The notes under the pieces were generated by a model. The model saw only the letters and a list, made by a program, of their open reading frames with translations, did no database searches and was not told where the DNA came from. DNA of 64,000 nucleotides, taken from assembly GCF_009914755.1 (NCBI RefSeq), contig NC_060926.1. One strand, given 5' to 3'. This stretch comes from the human T2T-CHM13v2.0 reference genome, Homo sapiens. Of the stretch, positions 1 through 13,800 are shown piece after piece (within the stretch, counting starts at the first letter, position 1; every line of letters begins with the position of its first letter). Both the position numbers and the translations under genes were made by a program.

Positions 1-106
1 TGATGTTTGCATTCAAGTCACAGAGTTGAACATTCCCTTTCATAGAGCAGGTTTGAAACACTCTTTTTGTAGTATCTGTATGTGGACATTTGGAGCGCTT
101 TCAGGC

Positions 107-123
107 CTATGGTGAAAAAGGAA
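107..123 (+). promoter_or_regulatory. pJalpha (A-box) motif in an A-type monomer (first example; present in m1 and m3)
   Basis: CTATGGTGAAAAAGGAA at the monomer position equivalent to the CENP-B box. Confidence 0.85.
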
Positions 124-277
124 ATATCTTCCCCTGAAAACTAGACAGAAGCATTCTCAGAAACTTATTTGTGATGTGCGCCCTCAACTAACAGTGTTGA
201 ACCTTTCTTTTGATAGAGCAGTTTTGAAACACTCTTTTTGTAATATCTGCAAGAGGATATTTGGATAGCTTTGAGGA

Positions 278-294
278 TTTCGTTGGAAACGGGA
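278..294 (+). promoter_or_regulatory. CENP-B box in m2 (first example; boxes recur at alternating 342/338 bp spacing)
   Basis: TTTCGTTGGAAACGGGA matches the canonical YTTCGTTGGAARCGGGA. The next boxes are at 620 and 958. Confidence 0.97.
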
Positions 295-619
295 TTGTCT
301 TCATATAAACTCTAGACAGAAGCATTCTCAGAAGCTTCATTGGGATGTTTCAATTGAAGTCACAGTGTTGAACATTCCCTTTCATAGAGCAGGTTTGAAA
401 CACTCTTTTTGTAGTATCTGGAAGTGGACATTTGGAGAGATCTCAGGAATACGGTGATAAAGGAAATATCTTCCAATAAAAGCTAGATAGAAGCAATGTC
501 AGAAACTTTTTCATGATGTATCTACTCAGCTAACAGAGTTGAACCTTTCTTTTGAGAGAGCAGTTTTGAAACACTCTTTTTGTGGAATCTGCAAGTGGAT
601 ATTTGTCTAGCTTTGAGGA

Positions 620-636
620 TTTCGTTGGAAACGGGA
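620..636 (+). promoter_or_regulatory. CENP-B box in m4 (first example)
   Basis: TTTCGTTGGAAACGGGA followed by the m4-specific ttacatataaaaag. Confidence 0.97.
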
Positions 637-660
637 TTACATATAAAAAGCTGACAGCAG

Positions 661-1340
661 CATTCCCAGAAACTTCTTTGTGATGTTTGCATTCAAGTCA
701 CAGAGTTGAACATTCCCTTTCATAGAGCAGGTTTGAAACACTCTTTTTGTAGTATCTGGATGTGGACATTTGGAGCACTTTCAGGCCTATGGTGAAAAAG
801 GAAATATCTTCCCCTGAAAACTAGACAGAAGCATTCTCAGAATCTTATTTGTGATGTGCGCCCTCAACTAACAGTGTTGAACCTTTCTTTTGATAGAGCA
901 GTTTTGAAACACTCTTTTTGTAAAATCTGCAAGAGGATATTTGGATAGCTTTGAAGATTTCGTTGGAAACGGGATTGTCTTCATATAAACTCTAGACAGA
1001 AGCATTCTCAGAAGCTTCATTGGGATGTTTCAATTGAAGTCACAGTGTTGAACAGTCCCTTTCATAGAGGAGGTTTGAAACACTCTTTTGGTAGTATCTG
1101 GAAGTGGACATTTGGAGTGATCTCAGGAATACGGTGATAAAGGAAATATCTTCCAATAAAAGCTAGATAGAAGCAATGTCAGAAACTTTTTCATGATGTA
1201 TCTACTCAGCTAACAGAGTTGAACCTTTCTTTTGAGAGAGCAGTTTTGAAACACTCTTTTTGTGGAAACTGCAAGTGGATATTTGTCTGGCTTTGAGGAT
1301 TTCGTTGGAAACGGGATTACATATAAAAAGCAGACAGCAG
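661..1340 (+). repeat. Reference canonical HOR copy: m1 661-831, m2 832-1002, m3 1003-1173, m4 1174-1340
   Basis: Monomer starts are cattcccagaaacttc (m1), cattctcagaatcttatt (m2), cattctcagaagcttcattgg (m3) and caatgtcagaaactttttc (m4, 167 bp). The next m1 starts at 1341. Confidence 0.95.
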
Positions 1341-4300
1341 CATTCCCAGAAACTTCTTTGTGATGTTTGCATTCAAGTCACAGAGTTGAACATTCCCTTT
1401 CATAGAGCAGGTTTGAAACACTCTTTTTGTAGTATCTGTATGTGGACATTTGGAGCGCTTTCAGGCCTATGGTGAAAAAGGAAATATCTTCCCCTGAAAA
1501 CTAGACAGAAGCATTCTCAGAAACTTATTTGTGATGTGCGCCCTCAACTAACAGTGTTGAAGCTTTCTTTTGATAGAGTAGTTTTTAAACACTCTTTTTG
1601 TAATATCTGCAAGAGGATATTTGGATAGCTTTGAGGATTTCGTTGGAAACGGGATTGTCTTCACATAAACTCTAGACAGAAGCATTCTCAGAAGCTTCAT
1701 TGGGATGTTTCAATTGAAGTCACAGTGTTGAACAGTTCCTTTCATAGAACAGGTTTGAAACACTCTTTTTGTAGTATCTGGAAGTGGACATTTGGAGCGC
1801 TGTCAGGACTACGGTGAAAAAGGAAATATCTTCCAATAAAAGCTAGATAGAAGCAATGTCAGAAAATTTTTCATGATGTATCTACTCAGCTAACAGAGTT
1901 GAACCTTCCTTTGAGAGAGCAGTTTTGAAACACTCTTTTTGTGGAATCTGCAAGTGGATATTTGTCTAGCTTTGAGGATTTCGCTGGAAACGGGATTACA
2001 TATAAAAACAGACAGCAGCATTCCCAGTAACTTCTTTGTGATGTTTGCATTCAAGTCACAGAGTTGAACATTCCCTTTCATAGAGCAGGTTTGAAACACT
2101 CTTTTTGTAGTATCTGGATGTGGACATTTGGAGCGCTTTCAGGCCTATGGTGAAAAAGGAAATATCTTCCCCTGAAAACTAGACAGAAGCATTCTCAGAA
2201 ACTTATTTGTGATGTGCGCCCTCAACTAACAGTGTTGAACCTTTCTTTTGATAGAGCAGTTTTGAAACACTCTTTTTGTAATATCTGCAAGAGGATATTT
2301 GGATAGATTTGAGGATTTCGTTGGAAACGGGATTGTCTTCATATAAACTCTAGACAGAAGCATTCTCAGAAGCTTCATTGGGATGTTTCAATTGAAGTCA
2401 CAGTGTTGAACAGTCCCTTTCATAGAGCAGGTTTGAAACACTCTTTTTGTAGTATCTGGAAGTGGACATTTGGAGAGATCTCAGGAATACGGTGATAAAG
2501 GAAATATCTTCCAATAAAAGCTAGATAGAAGCAACGTCAGAAACTTTTTCATGATGTATCTACTCAGCTAACAGAGTTGAACTTTTCTTTTGAGAGAGCA
2601 GTTTTGAAACACTCTTTTTGTGGAATCTGCAAGTGGATATTTGTCTAGCTTTGAGGATTTCGTTGGAAACGGGATTACATATAAAAAGCAGACAGCAGCA
2701 TTCCCAGAAACTTCTTTGTGAAGTTTGCATTCAAGTCACAGAGTTGAACATTCCCTTTCATAGAGCAGGTTTGAAACACTCTTTTTGTAGTATCTGGATG
2801 TGGACATTTGGAGCGCTTTCAAGCCTATGGTGAAAAAGGAAATATCTTCCCCTGAAAACTAGACAGAAGCATTCTCAGGAACTTATTTGTGATGTGCGCC
2901 CTCAACTAACAGTGTTGAAGCTTTCTTTTGATAGAGCAGTTTTGAAACACTCTTTTTGTGGAATCTGCAAGTGGATATTTGGATAGCTTTGAGGATTTCG
3001 TTGGAAACGGGATTGTCTTCATATAAACTCTAGACAGAAGCATTCTCAGAAGCTTCATTGGGATGTTTCAATTGAAGTCACAGTGTTGAACAGTCCCTTT
3101 CGTAGAGCAGGTTTGAAACACTCTTTTTGTAATATCTGGAAGTGGAGATTTGGAGCGCTCTCAGGACTACGGTGAAAAAGGAAATATCTTCCAATAAAAG
3201 CTAGATAGAAGCAATGTCAGAAACTTTTTCATGATGTATCTACTCAGCTAACAGAGTTGAACCTTTTTTTTGAGAGAGCAGTTTTGAAACACTCTTTTTG
3301 TTGGATCTGCAGGTGGATATTTGTATAGCTTTGAGGATTTCGTTTGAAACGGGATTACATATAAAAAGCAGACAGCAGCATTCCCAGAAACTTCTTTGTG
3401 ATGTTTGCATTCAAGTCACAGAGTTGAACATTCCCTTTCATAGAGCAGGTTTGAAACACTCTTTTTGTAGTATCTGGATGTGGACATTTGGAGCGCTCTC
3501 AGGCCTATGGTGAAAAAGGAAATATCTTCCCCTGAAAACTAGACAGAAGCATTCTCAGAAACTTATTTGTGATGTGCGCCCTCAACTAACAGTGTTGAAC
3601 CTTCCTTTGATAGAGTAGTTTTGAAACACTCTTTTTCTAAAATCTGCAAGAGGATATTTGGATAGATTTGAGTATTTCGTTGGAAACGGGATTGTCTTCA
3701 TATAAACTCTAGACAGTAGCATTCTGAGAAGCTTCATTGGGATGTTTCAATTGAAGTCACAGTGTTGAACAGTCCCTTTCATAGAGCAGGTTTGAAACAC
3801 TCTTTTTGTAGCATCTTTAAGTGGACATTTGGAGCGCTCTCAGGACTATGGTGAAAAAGGAAGTATCTTCCAATAAAAGCTAGATAGAAGAAATGTGAGA
3901 AACTTTTTCATGATGTATCTACTCAGCTAAAAGGGTTGAACCTTTCTTTTGAGAGAGCAGTTTTGAAACACTCTTTTTGTGGAATCTGCAAGTGGATATT
4001 TGTCTAGCTTTGAGGATTTCTTTGGAAACGGGATTACAAATAAAAAGCAGACAGCAGCATTCCCAGAAACTTCTTTGTGATGTTTGCATTCAAGTCACAG
4101 AGTTGAACATTCCCTTTCATAGAGCAGGTTTGAAACACTCTTTTTGTAGTATCTGGATGTGGACATTTGGAGCGCTCTCAGGCCTATGGTGAAAAAGGAA
4201 ATATCTTCCCCTGAAAACTAGACAGAAGCATTCTCAGAATCTTATTTGTGATGTGCGCCCTCAACTAACAGTGTTGAAGCTTTCTTTTGATAGAGCAGTT

Positions 4301-6776
4301 TTGAAACACTCTTTTTGTAAAATCTGCAAGAGGATATTTGGATAGCTTTGAGGATTTCGTTGGAAACGGGATTGTCTTCATATAAACTCTAGACAGAAGC
4401 ATTCTCAGAAGCTTCATTGGGATGTTTCAATTGAAGTCACAGTGTTGAACAGTCCCTTTCATAGAGCAGGTTTGAAACACTCTTTTTGTAGTATCTGGAA
4501 GTGGACATTTGGAGCGCACTCAGGACTGCGGTGAAAAAGGACATATCTTCCAATAAAAGCTAGATAGAAGCAATGTCAGAAACTTTTTCATGATGTATCT
4601 ACTCAGCTAAGAGAGTTGAACATTCCTTTGAGAGAGCAGTTTTGAAACACTCTTTTTGTGGAATCTGCAAGGGGATATTTGCCTAGCTTTGAGGATTTCG
4701 TTGGAAACGGGATTACATATAAAAAGCAGACAGCAGCAATCCCAGTAACTTCTTTGTGATGTTTGCATTCAAGTCACAGAGTTGAACATTCCCTTTCATA
4801 GAGCAGTTTTGAAACACTCTTTTTGTAGTATCTGGATGTGGACATTTGGAGCGCTTTCAGGCCTATGGTGAAAAAGGAAATATCTTCCCCTGAAAACTAG
4901 ACAGAAGCATTCTCAGAAACTTATTTGTGATGTGCGCCCTCAACTAACAGTGTTGAACCTTTCTTTTGATAGAGCAGTTTTGAAACACTCTTTTTGTAAT
5001 ATCTGCAAGAGGATATTTGGATAGCTTTGAGGATTTCGTTGGAAACGGGATTGTCTTCATATAAACTCTAGACAGAAGCATTCTCAGAAGCTTCATTGGG
5101 ATGTTTCAATTGAAGTCACAGTGTTGAACAGTCCCTTTCATAGAGCAGGTTTGAAACACTCTTTTTGTAGTATCTGGAAGTGGATATTTGGAGAGATCTC
5201 AGGAGTACGGTGATAAAGGAAATATCTTCCAATAAAAGCTAGATAGAAGCAATGTCAGAAACTTTTTCATGATGTATCTACTCAGCTAACAGAGTTGAAC
5301 CTTTCTTTTGAGAGAGCAGTTTTGAAACACTCTTTTTGTGGAATCTGCAAGTGGATATTTGTCTAGCTTTGAGGATTTCGTTGGAAACGGGATTACATAT
5401 AAAAAGCAGACAGCAGCATTCCCAGAAACTTCTTTGTGAAGTTTGCATTCAAGTCACAGAGTTGAACATTCGCTTTCATAGAGCAGGTTTGAAACACTCT
5501 TTTTGTAGTATCTGGATGTGGACATTTGGAGCGCTTTCAGGCCTATGGTGAAAAAGGAAATATCTTCCCCTGAAAACTAGACAGAAGCATTCTCAGAATC
5601 TTATTTGTGATGTGCACCCTCAACTAACAGTGTTGAAGCTTTCTTTTGATAGAGCAGTTTTGAAACACTCTTTTTGTAAAATCTGCAAGAGGATATTTGG
5701 ATAGCTTTGAGGATTTCATTGGAAACCGGATTGTCTTCATATAAACTCTAGACAGAAGCATTCTCAGAAGCTTCATTGGGATGTTTCAATTGAAGTCATA
5801 GTGTTGAACAGTCCCTTTCATAGAGCAGGTTTGAAACACTCTTTTTGTAGTATCTGGAAGTGGACATTTGGAGAGATCTCAGGAATACGGTGATAAAGGA
5901 AATATCTTCCAATAAAAGCTAGATAGAAGCAATGTCAGAAACTTTTTCATGATGTACCTACTCAGCTAACAGAGTTGAACCTTTCTTTTGAGAGAGCAGT
6001 TTTGAAACACTCTTTTTGTGGAATCTGCAAGTGGATATTTGTCTAGCTTTGAGGATTTCGTTGGAAACGGGATTACATATAAAAAGCAGACAGCAGCATT
6101 CCCAGAAACTTCTTTGTGATGTTTGCATTCAAGTCACAGAGTTGAACATTCCCTTTCATAGAGCAGGTTTGAAACACTCTTTTTGTAGTATCTGGATGTG
6201 GACATTTGGAGCGCTTTCAGGCCTATGGTGAAAAAGGAAATATCTTCCCCTGAAAACTAGACAGAAGCATTCTCAGAATCTTATTTGTGATGTGCGCCCT
6301 CAATTAATAGTGTTGAAGCTTTCTTTTGATAGAGCAGTTTTGAAACACTCTTTTTGTAAAATCTGCAAGAGGATATTTGGATAGCTTTGAGGATTTCGTT
6401 GGAAACGGGATTGTCTTCATATAAACTCTAGACAGAAGCATTCTCAGAAGCTTCATTGGGATGTTTCAATTGAAGTCACACTGTTGAACAGTTCCTTTCA
6501 TAGAACAGGTTTGAAACACTCTTTTTGTAGTATCTGGAAGTGGACATTTGGAGCGCTCTCAGGACTATGGTGAAAAAGGAAATATCTTCCAATAAAAGCT
6601 ACATAGAAGCAATGTCAGAAACTTTTTCATGATGTATCTACTCAGCTAACAGAGTTGAACCTTTCCTTTGAGAGAGCAGTTTTGAAACACTCTTTTTGTG
6701 GAATCTGCAAGTGGATATTTGTCTAGCTTTGAGGATTTCGTTGGAAACGGGATTACATATAAAAAGCAGACAGCAG

Positions 6777-7456
6777 CATTCCCAGTAACTTCTTTGTGAT
6801 GTTTGCATTCAAGTCACAGAGTTGAACATTCCCTTTCATAGAGCAGGTGTGAAACACTCTTTTTGTAGTATCTGGATGTGGACATTTGGAGCGCTTTCAG
6901 GCCTATGGTGAAAAAGGAAATATCTTCCCCTGAAAACTAGACAGAAGCATTCTCAGAAACTTATTTGTGATGTGCGCCCTCAACTAACAGTGTTGAACCT
7001 TTCTTTTGATAGAGCAGTTTTGAAACACTCTTTTTGTAATATCTGCAAGAGGATATTTGGATAGCTTTGAGGATTTCGTTGGAAACGGGATTGTCTTCAT
7101 ATAAACTCTAGACAGAAGCATTCTCAGAAGCTTCATTGGGATGTTTCAATTGAAGTCACAGTGTTGAACAGTCCCTTTCATAGAGCAGGTTTGAAACACT
7201 CTTTTTGTAGTATCTGGATGTGGACATTTGGAGCGCTTTCAGGCCTATGGTTTAAAAGGAAATATCTTCCCCTGAAAACTAGACAGAAGCATTCTCAGAA
7301 ACTTATTTGTGATGTGCGCCCTCAACTAACAGTGTTGAACCTTTCTTTTGATAGAGCAGTTTTGAAACACTCTTTTTGTGGAATCTGCAAGTGGATATTT
7401 GTCTAGCTTTGAGGATTTCGTTGGAAACGGGATTACATATAAAAAGCAGACAGCAG
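6777..7456 (+). repeat. Variant tetramer m1-m2-m3/1-m2/4 (680 bp)
   Basis: The m3 start at 7119 continues into an m1 end (ggatgtgg...cccctgaaaac). The m2 start at 7290 continues into an m4 end (gtggaatc...ttacatata). Confidence 0.9.
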
Positions 7457-7794
7457 CATTCCCAGAATCTTCTTTGTGATGTTTGCATTCAAGTCACAGA
7501 GTTGAACATTCCCTTTCATAGAGCAGGTTTGAAACACTCTTTTTATAGTATCTGGATGTGGACATTTGGAGCGCTTTCAGGCCTATGGTGAAAAAGGAAA
7601 TATCTTCCCCTGAAAACTAGACAGAAGCATTCTCAGAATCTTATTTGTGATGTGCGCCCTCAACTAACAGTGTTGAACCTTTCTTTTGATAGAGCAGTTT
7701 TGAAACACTCTTTTTGTGGAATCTGCAGGTGGACATTTGTCTAGCTTTGAGGATTTCGTTGGAAACGGGATTACATATAAAAAGCAGACAGCAG
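7457..7794 (+). repeat. 2-mer variant m1-m2/4 (338 bp)
   Basis: ORF spacing 7376->7714 = 338, with a visible hybrid monomer. Confidence 0.92.
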
Positions 7795-10512
7795 CATTCC
7801 CAGAATCTTCTTTGTGATGTTTGCATTCAAGTCACAGAGTTGAACATTCCCTTTCATAGAGCAGGTTTGAAACACTCTTTTTGTAGTATCTGGATGTGGA
7901 CATTTGGAGCGCTTTCAGGCCTATGGTGAAAAAGGAAATATCTTCTCCTGAAAACTAGACAGAAGCATTCTCAGAATCTTATTTGTGATGTGCGCCCTCA
8001 ACTAACAGTGTTGAAGCTTTCTTTTGATAGAGCAGTTTTGAAACACTCTTTTTGTAAAATCTGCAAGAGGATATTTGGATAGCTTTGAGGATTTCATTGG
8101 AAACGGGATTGTCTTCATATAAACTCTAGACAGAAGCATTCTCAGAAGCTTCATTGGGATGTTTCAATTGAAGTCACAGTGTTGAACAGTCCCTTTCATA
8201 GAGCAGGTTTGAAACACTCTTTTTGTAGTATCTGGCAGTGGACATTTGGAGCGCTCTCAGGACTACGGTGAAAAAGGAAATATCTTCCAATAAAAGCTAC
8301 ATAGAAGCAATGTCAGAAACTTTTTCATGATGTATCTACTCAGCTAACAGAGTTGAACCTTTCTTTTGAGAGAGCAGTTTTGAAACACTCTTTTTGTGGA
8401 ATCTGGAAGTGGATATTTGTCTAGCTTTGAGGATTTCGTTGGAAACGGGATTACATATAAAAAGCAGACAGCAGCATTCCCAGTAACATCTTTGTGATGT
8501 TTGCATTCAAGTCACAGTGTTGAAGATTCCCTTTCATAGAGCAGGTTTGAAACACTCTTTTTGTAGTATCTGGATGTGGACATTTGGAGCACTTTCAGGC
8601 CTATGGTGAAAAAGGAAATATCTTCCCCTGAAAACTAGACAGAAGCATTCTCAGAATCTTATTTGTGATGTGCGCCCTCAACTAACAGTGTTGAACCTTT
8701 CTTTTGATAGAGCAGTTTTGAAACACTCTTTTTGTAAAATCTGCAAGAGGATATTTGGATAGCTTTGAAGATTTCGTTGGAAACGGGATTGTCTTCATAT
8801 AAACTCTAGACAGAAGCATTCTCAGAAGCTTCATTGGGATGTTTCAATTGAAGTCACAGTGTTGAACAGTCCCTTTCATAGAGGAGGTTTGAAACACTCT
8901 TTTGGTAGTATCTGGAAGTGGACATTTGGAGTGATCTCAGGAATACGGTGATAAAGGAAATATCTTCCAATAAAAGCTAGATAGAAGCAATGTCAGAAAC
9001 TTTTTCATGATGTATCTACTCAGCTAACAGAGTTGAACCTTTCTTTTGAGAGAGCAGTTTTGAAACACTCTTTTTGTGGAAACTGCAAGTGGATATTTGT
9101 CTAGCTTTGAGGATTTCGTTGGAAACGGGATTACATATAAAAAGCAGACAGCAGCATTCCCAGAAACTTCTTTGTGATGTTTGCATTCAAGTCACAGAGT
9201 TGAACATTCCCTTTCATAGAGCAGGTTTGAAACACTCTTTTTGTAGTATCTGGATGTGGACATTTGGAGCGCTTTCAAGCCTATGGTGAAAAAGGAAATA
9301 TCTTCCCCTGAAAACTAGACAGAAGCATTCTCAGAAACTTATTTGTGATGTGCCTCCTCAACTAACAGTGTTGAACCTTTCTTTTGATAGAGCAGTTTTG
9401 AAACACTCTTTTTGTAATATCTGCAAGAGGATATTTGGATAGCTTTGAGGATTTCGTTGGAAACGGGATTGTCTTCACATAAACTCTAGACAGAAGCATT
9501 CTCAGAAGCTTCATTGGGATGTTTCAATTGAAGTCACAGTGTTGAACAGTTCCTTTCATAGAACAGGTTTGAAACTCTCTTTTTGTAGTATCTGGAAGTG
9601 GACATTTGCAGCGCTCTCAGGACTACGGTGAAAAAGGAAATATCTTCCAATAAAAGCTAGATAGAAGCAATGTCAGAAAATTTTTCATGATGTATCTACT
9701 CAGCTAACAGAGTTGAACCTTCCTTTGAGAGAGCAGTTTTGAAACACTCTTTTTGTGGAATCTGCAAGTGGATATTTGTCTAGCTTTGAGGATTTCCCTG
9801 GAAACGGGATTACATATAAAAACAGACAGCAGCATTCCCAGTAACTTCTTTGTGATGTTTGCATTCAAGTCACAGAGTTGAACATTCCCTTTCATAGAGC
9901 AGGTTTGAAACACTCTTTTTGTAGTATCTGGATGTGGACATTTGGAGCGCTTTCAGGCCTATGGTGAAAAAGGAAATATCTTCCCCTGAAAACTAGACAG
10001 AAGCATTCTCAGAAACTTATTTGTGATGTGCGCCCTCAACTAACAGTGTTGAACCTTTCTTTTGATAGAGCAGTTTTGAAACACTCTTTTTGTAATATCT
10101 GCAAGAGGATATTTGGATAGATTTGAGGATTTCGTTGGAAACGGGATTGTCTTTATATAAACTCTAGACAGAAGCATTCTCAGAAGCTTCATTGGGATGT
10201 TTCAATTGAAGTCACAGTGTTGAACAGTCCCTTTCATAGAGCAGGTTTGAAACACTCTTTTTGTAGTATCTGGAAGTGGACATTTGGAGAGATCTCAGGA
10301 ATACGGTGATAAAGGAAATATCTTCCAATAAAAGCTAGATAGAAGCAATGTCAGAAACTTTTTCATGATGTATCTACTCAGCTAACAGAGTTGAACTTTT
10401 CTTTTGAGAGAGCAGTTTTGAAACACTCTTTTTGTGCAATCTGCAAGTGGATATTTGTCTAGCTTTGAGGATTTCGTTGGAAACGGGATTACATATAAAA
10501 AGCAGACAGCAG

Positions 10513-10850
10513 CATTCCCAGAAACTTCTTTGTGATGTTTGCATTCAAGTCACAGAGTTGAACATTCCCTTTCATAGAGCAGGTTTGAAACACTCTTTTT
10601 GTAGTATCTGGATGTGGACATTTGGAGCGCTTTCAAGCCTATGGTGAAAAAGGAAATATCTTCCCCTGAAAACTAGACAGAAGCATTCTCAGGAACTTAT
10701 TTGTGATGTGCGCCCTCAACTAACAGTGTTGAAGCTTTCTTTTGATAGAGCAGTTTTGAAACACTCTTTTTGTGGAATCTGCAAGTGGATATTTGTCTAG
10801 CTTTGAGGATTTCGATGGAAACGGGATTACATATAAAAAGCAGACAGCAG
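10513..10850 (+). repeat. 2-mer variant m1-m2/4 (338 bp)
   Basis: The m2 start (cattctcaggaacttatt) is joined to an m4 end, with no m3. Confidence 0.9.
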
Positions 10851-13800
10851 CATTCCCAGTAACTTCTTTGTGATGTTTGCATTCAAGTCACAGAGTTGAA
10901 CATTCCCTTTCATAGAGCAGGTTTGAAACACTCTTTTTGTAGTATCTGTATGTGGACATTTGGAGCGCTTTCAGGCCTATGGTGAAAAAGGAAATATCTT
11001 CCCCTGAAAACTAGACAGAAGCATTCTCAGAAACTTATTTGTGATGTGCGCCCTCAACTAACAGTGTTGAACCTTTCTTTTGATAGAGCAGTTTTGAAAC
11101 ACTCTTTTTGTAATATCTGCAAGAGGATATTTGGATAGCTTTGAGGATTTCGTTGGAAACGGGATTGTCTTCATATAAACTCTAGACAGAAGCATTCTCA
11201 GAAGCTTCATTGGGATGTTTCAATTGAAGTCACAGTGTTGAACATTCCCTTTCATAGAGCAGGTTTGAAACACTCTTTTTGTAGTATCTGGAAGTGGACA
11301 TTTGGAGAGATCTCAGGAATACGGTGATAAAGGAAATATCTTCCAATAAAAGCTAGATAGAAGCAATGTCAGAAACTTTTTCATGATGTATCTACTCAGC
11401 TAACAGAATTGAACCTTTCTTTTGAGAGAGGAGTTTTGAAACACTCTTTTTGTGGAATCTGCAAGTGGATATTTGTCTAGCTTTGAGGATTTCGTTGGAA
11501 ACGGGATTACATATAAAAAGCTGACAGCAGCATTCCCAGAAACTTCTTTGTGAAGTTTGCATTCAAGTCACAGAGTTGAACATTCCCTTTCATAGAGCAG
11601 GTTTGAAACACTCTTTTTGTAGTATCTGTATGTGGACATTTGGAGCGCTTTCAGGCCTATGGTGAAGAAGGAAATATCTTCCCCTGAAAACTAGACAGAA
11701 GCATTCTCAGAATCTTATTTGTGATGTGCACCCTCAACTAACAGTGTTGAAGCTTTCTTTTGATAGAGCAGTTTTGAAACACTCTTTTTGTAAAATCTGC
11801 AAGAGGATATTTGGATAGCTTTGAGGATTTCGTTGGAAACGGGATTGTCTTCATATAAACTCTAGACAGAAGCATTCTCAGAAGCTTCATTGGGATGTTT
11901 CAATTGAAGTCACAGTGTTGAACAGTCCCTTTCATAGAGCAGGTTTGAAACACTCTTTTTGTAGTATCTGGAAGTGGACATTTGGAGAGATCTCAGGAAT
12001 ACGGTGATAAAGGAAATATCTTCCAATAAAAGCTAGATAGAAGCAATGTCAGAAACTTTTTCATGATGTATCTACTCAGCTAACAGAGTTGAAGCTTTCT
12101 TTTGAGAGAGCAGTTTTGAAACACTCTTTTTGTGGAATCTGGAAGTGGATATTTGTCTAGCTTTGAGGATTTCGTTGGAAACGGGATTACATATAAAAAG
12201 CAGACAGCAGCATTCCCAGTAACATCTTTGTGATGTTTGCATTCAAGTCACAGAGTTGAACATTCCCTTTCATAGAGCAGGTTTGAAACACTCTTTTTGT
12301 AGTATCTGGATGTGGACATTTGGAGCACTTTCAGGCCTATGGTGAAAAAGGAAATATCTTCCCCTGAAAACTAGACAGAAGCATTCTCAGAATCTTATTT
12401 GTGATGTGCGCCCTCAACTAACAGTGTTGAACCTTTCTTTTGATAGAGCAGTTTTGAAACACTCTTTTTGTAAAATCTGCAAGAGGATATTTGGATAGCT
12501 TTGAGGATTTCGTTGGAAACGGGATTGTCTTCATATAAACTCTAGACAGAAGCATTCTCAGAAGCTTCATTGGGATGTTTCAATTGAAGTCACAGTGTTG
12601 AACAGTCCCTTTCATAGAGGAGGTTTGAAACACTCTTTTGGTAGTATCTGGAAGTGGACATTTGGAGTGATCTCAGGAATACGGTGATAAAGGAAATATC
12701 TTCCAATAAAAGCTAGATAGAAGCAATGTCAGAAACTTTTTCATGATGTATCTACTCAGCTAACAGAGTTGAACCTTTCTTTTGAGAGAGCAGTTTTGAA
12801 ACACTCTTTTTGTGGAAACTGCAAGTGGATATTTGTCTGGCTTTGAGGATTTCGTTGGAAACGGGATTACATATAAAAAGCAGACAGCAGCATTCCCAGA
12901 AACTTCTTTGTGATGTTTGCATTCAAGTCACAGAGTTGAACATTCCCTTTCATAGAGCAGGTTTGAAACACTCTTTTTGTAGTATCTGTATGTGGACATT
13001 TGGAGCGCTTTCAGGCCTATGGTGAAAAAGGAAATATCTTCCCCTGAAAACTAGACAGAAGCATTCTCAGAAACTTGTTTGTGATGTGCGCCCTCAACTA
13101 ACAGTGTTGAAGCTTTCTTTTGATAGAGTAGTTTTTAAACACTCTTTTTGTAATATCTGCAAGAGGATATTTGGATAGCTTTGAGGATTTCGTTGGAAAC
13201 GGGATTGTCTTCACATAAACTCTAGACAGAAGCATTCTCAGAAGCTTCATTGGGATGTTTCAATTGAAGTCACAGTGTTGAACAGTCCCTTTCATAGAGC
13301 AGGTTTGAAACACTCTTTTTGTAGTATCTGGAAGTGGACATTTGGAGAGATCTCAGGAATACGGTGATAAAGGAAATATCTTCCAATAAAAGCTAGATAG
13401 AAGAAACGTCAGAAACTTTTTCATGATGTATCTACTCAGCTAACAGAGTTGAACTTTTCTTTTGAGAGAGCAGTTTTGAAACACTCTTTTTGTGGAATCT
13501 GCAAGTGGATATTTGTCTAGCTTTGAGGATTTCGTTGGAAACGGGATTACATATAAAAAGCAGACAGCAGCATTCCCAGAAACTTCTTTGTGAAGTTTGC
13601 ATTCAAGTCACAGAGTTGAACATTCCCTTTCATAGAGCAGGTTTGAAACACTCTTTTTGTAGTATCTGGATGTGGACATTTGGAGCGCTTTCAAGCCTAT
13701 GGTGAAAAAGGAAATATCTTCCCCTGAAAACTAGACAGAAGCATTCTCAGGAACTTATTTGTGATGTGCGCCCTCAACTAACAGTGTTGAAGCTTTCTTT

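Noticed and set aside
475-480. AATAAA polyadenylation-like hexamer in most m3 monomers
   Set aside because: It is part of the monomer consensus in AT-rich DNA, and nothing in the sequence supports transcript processing.
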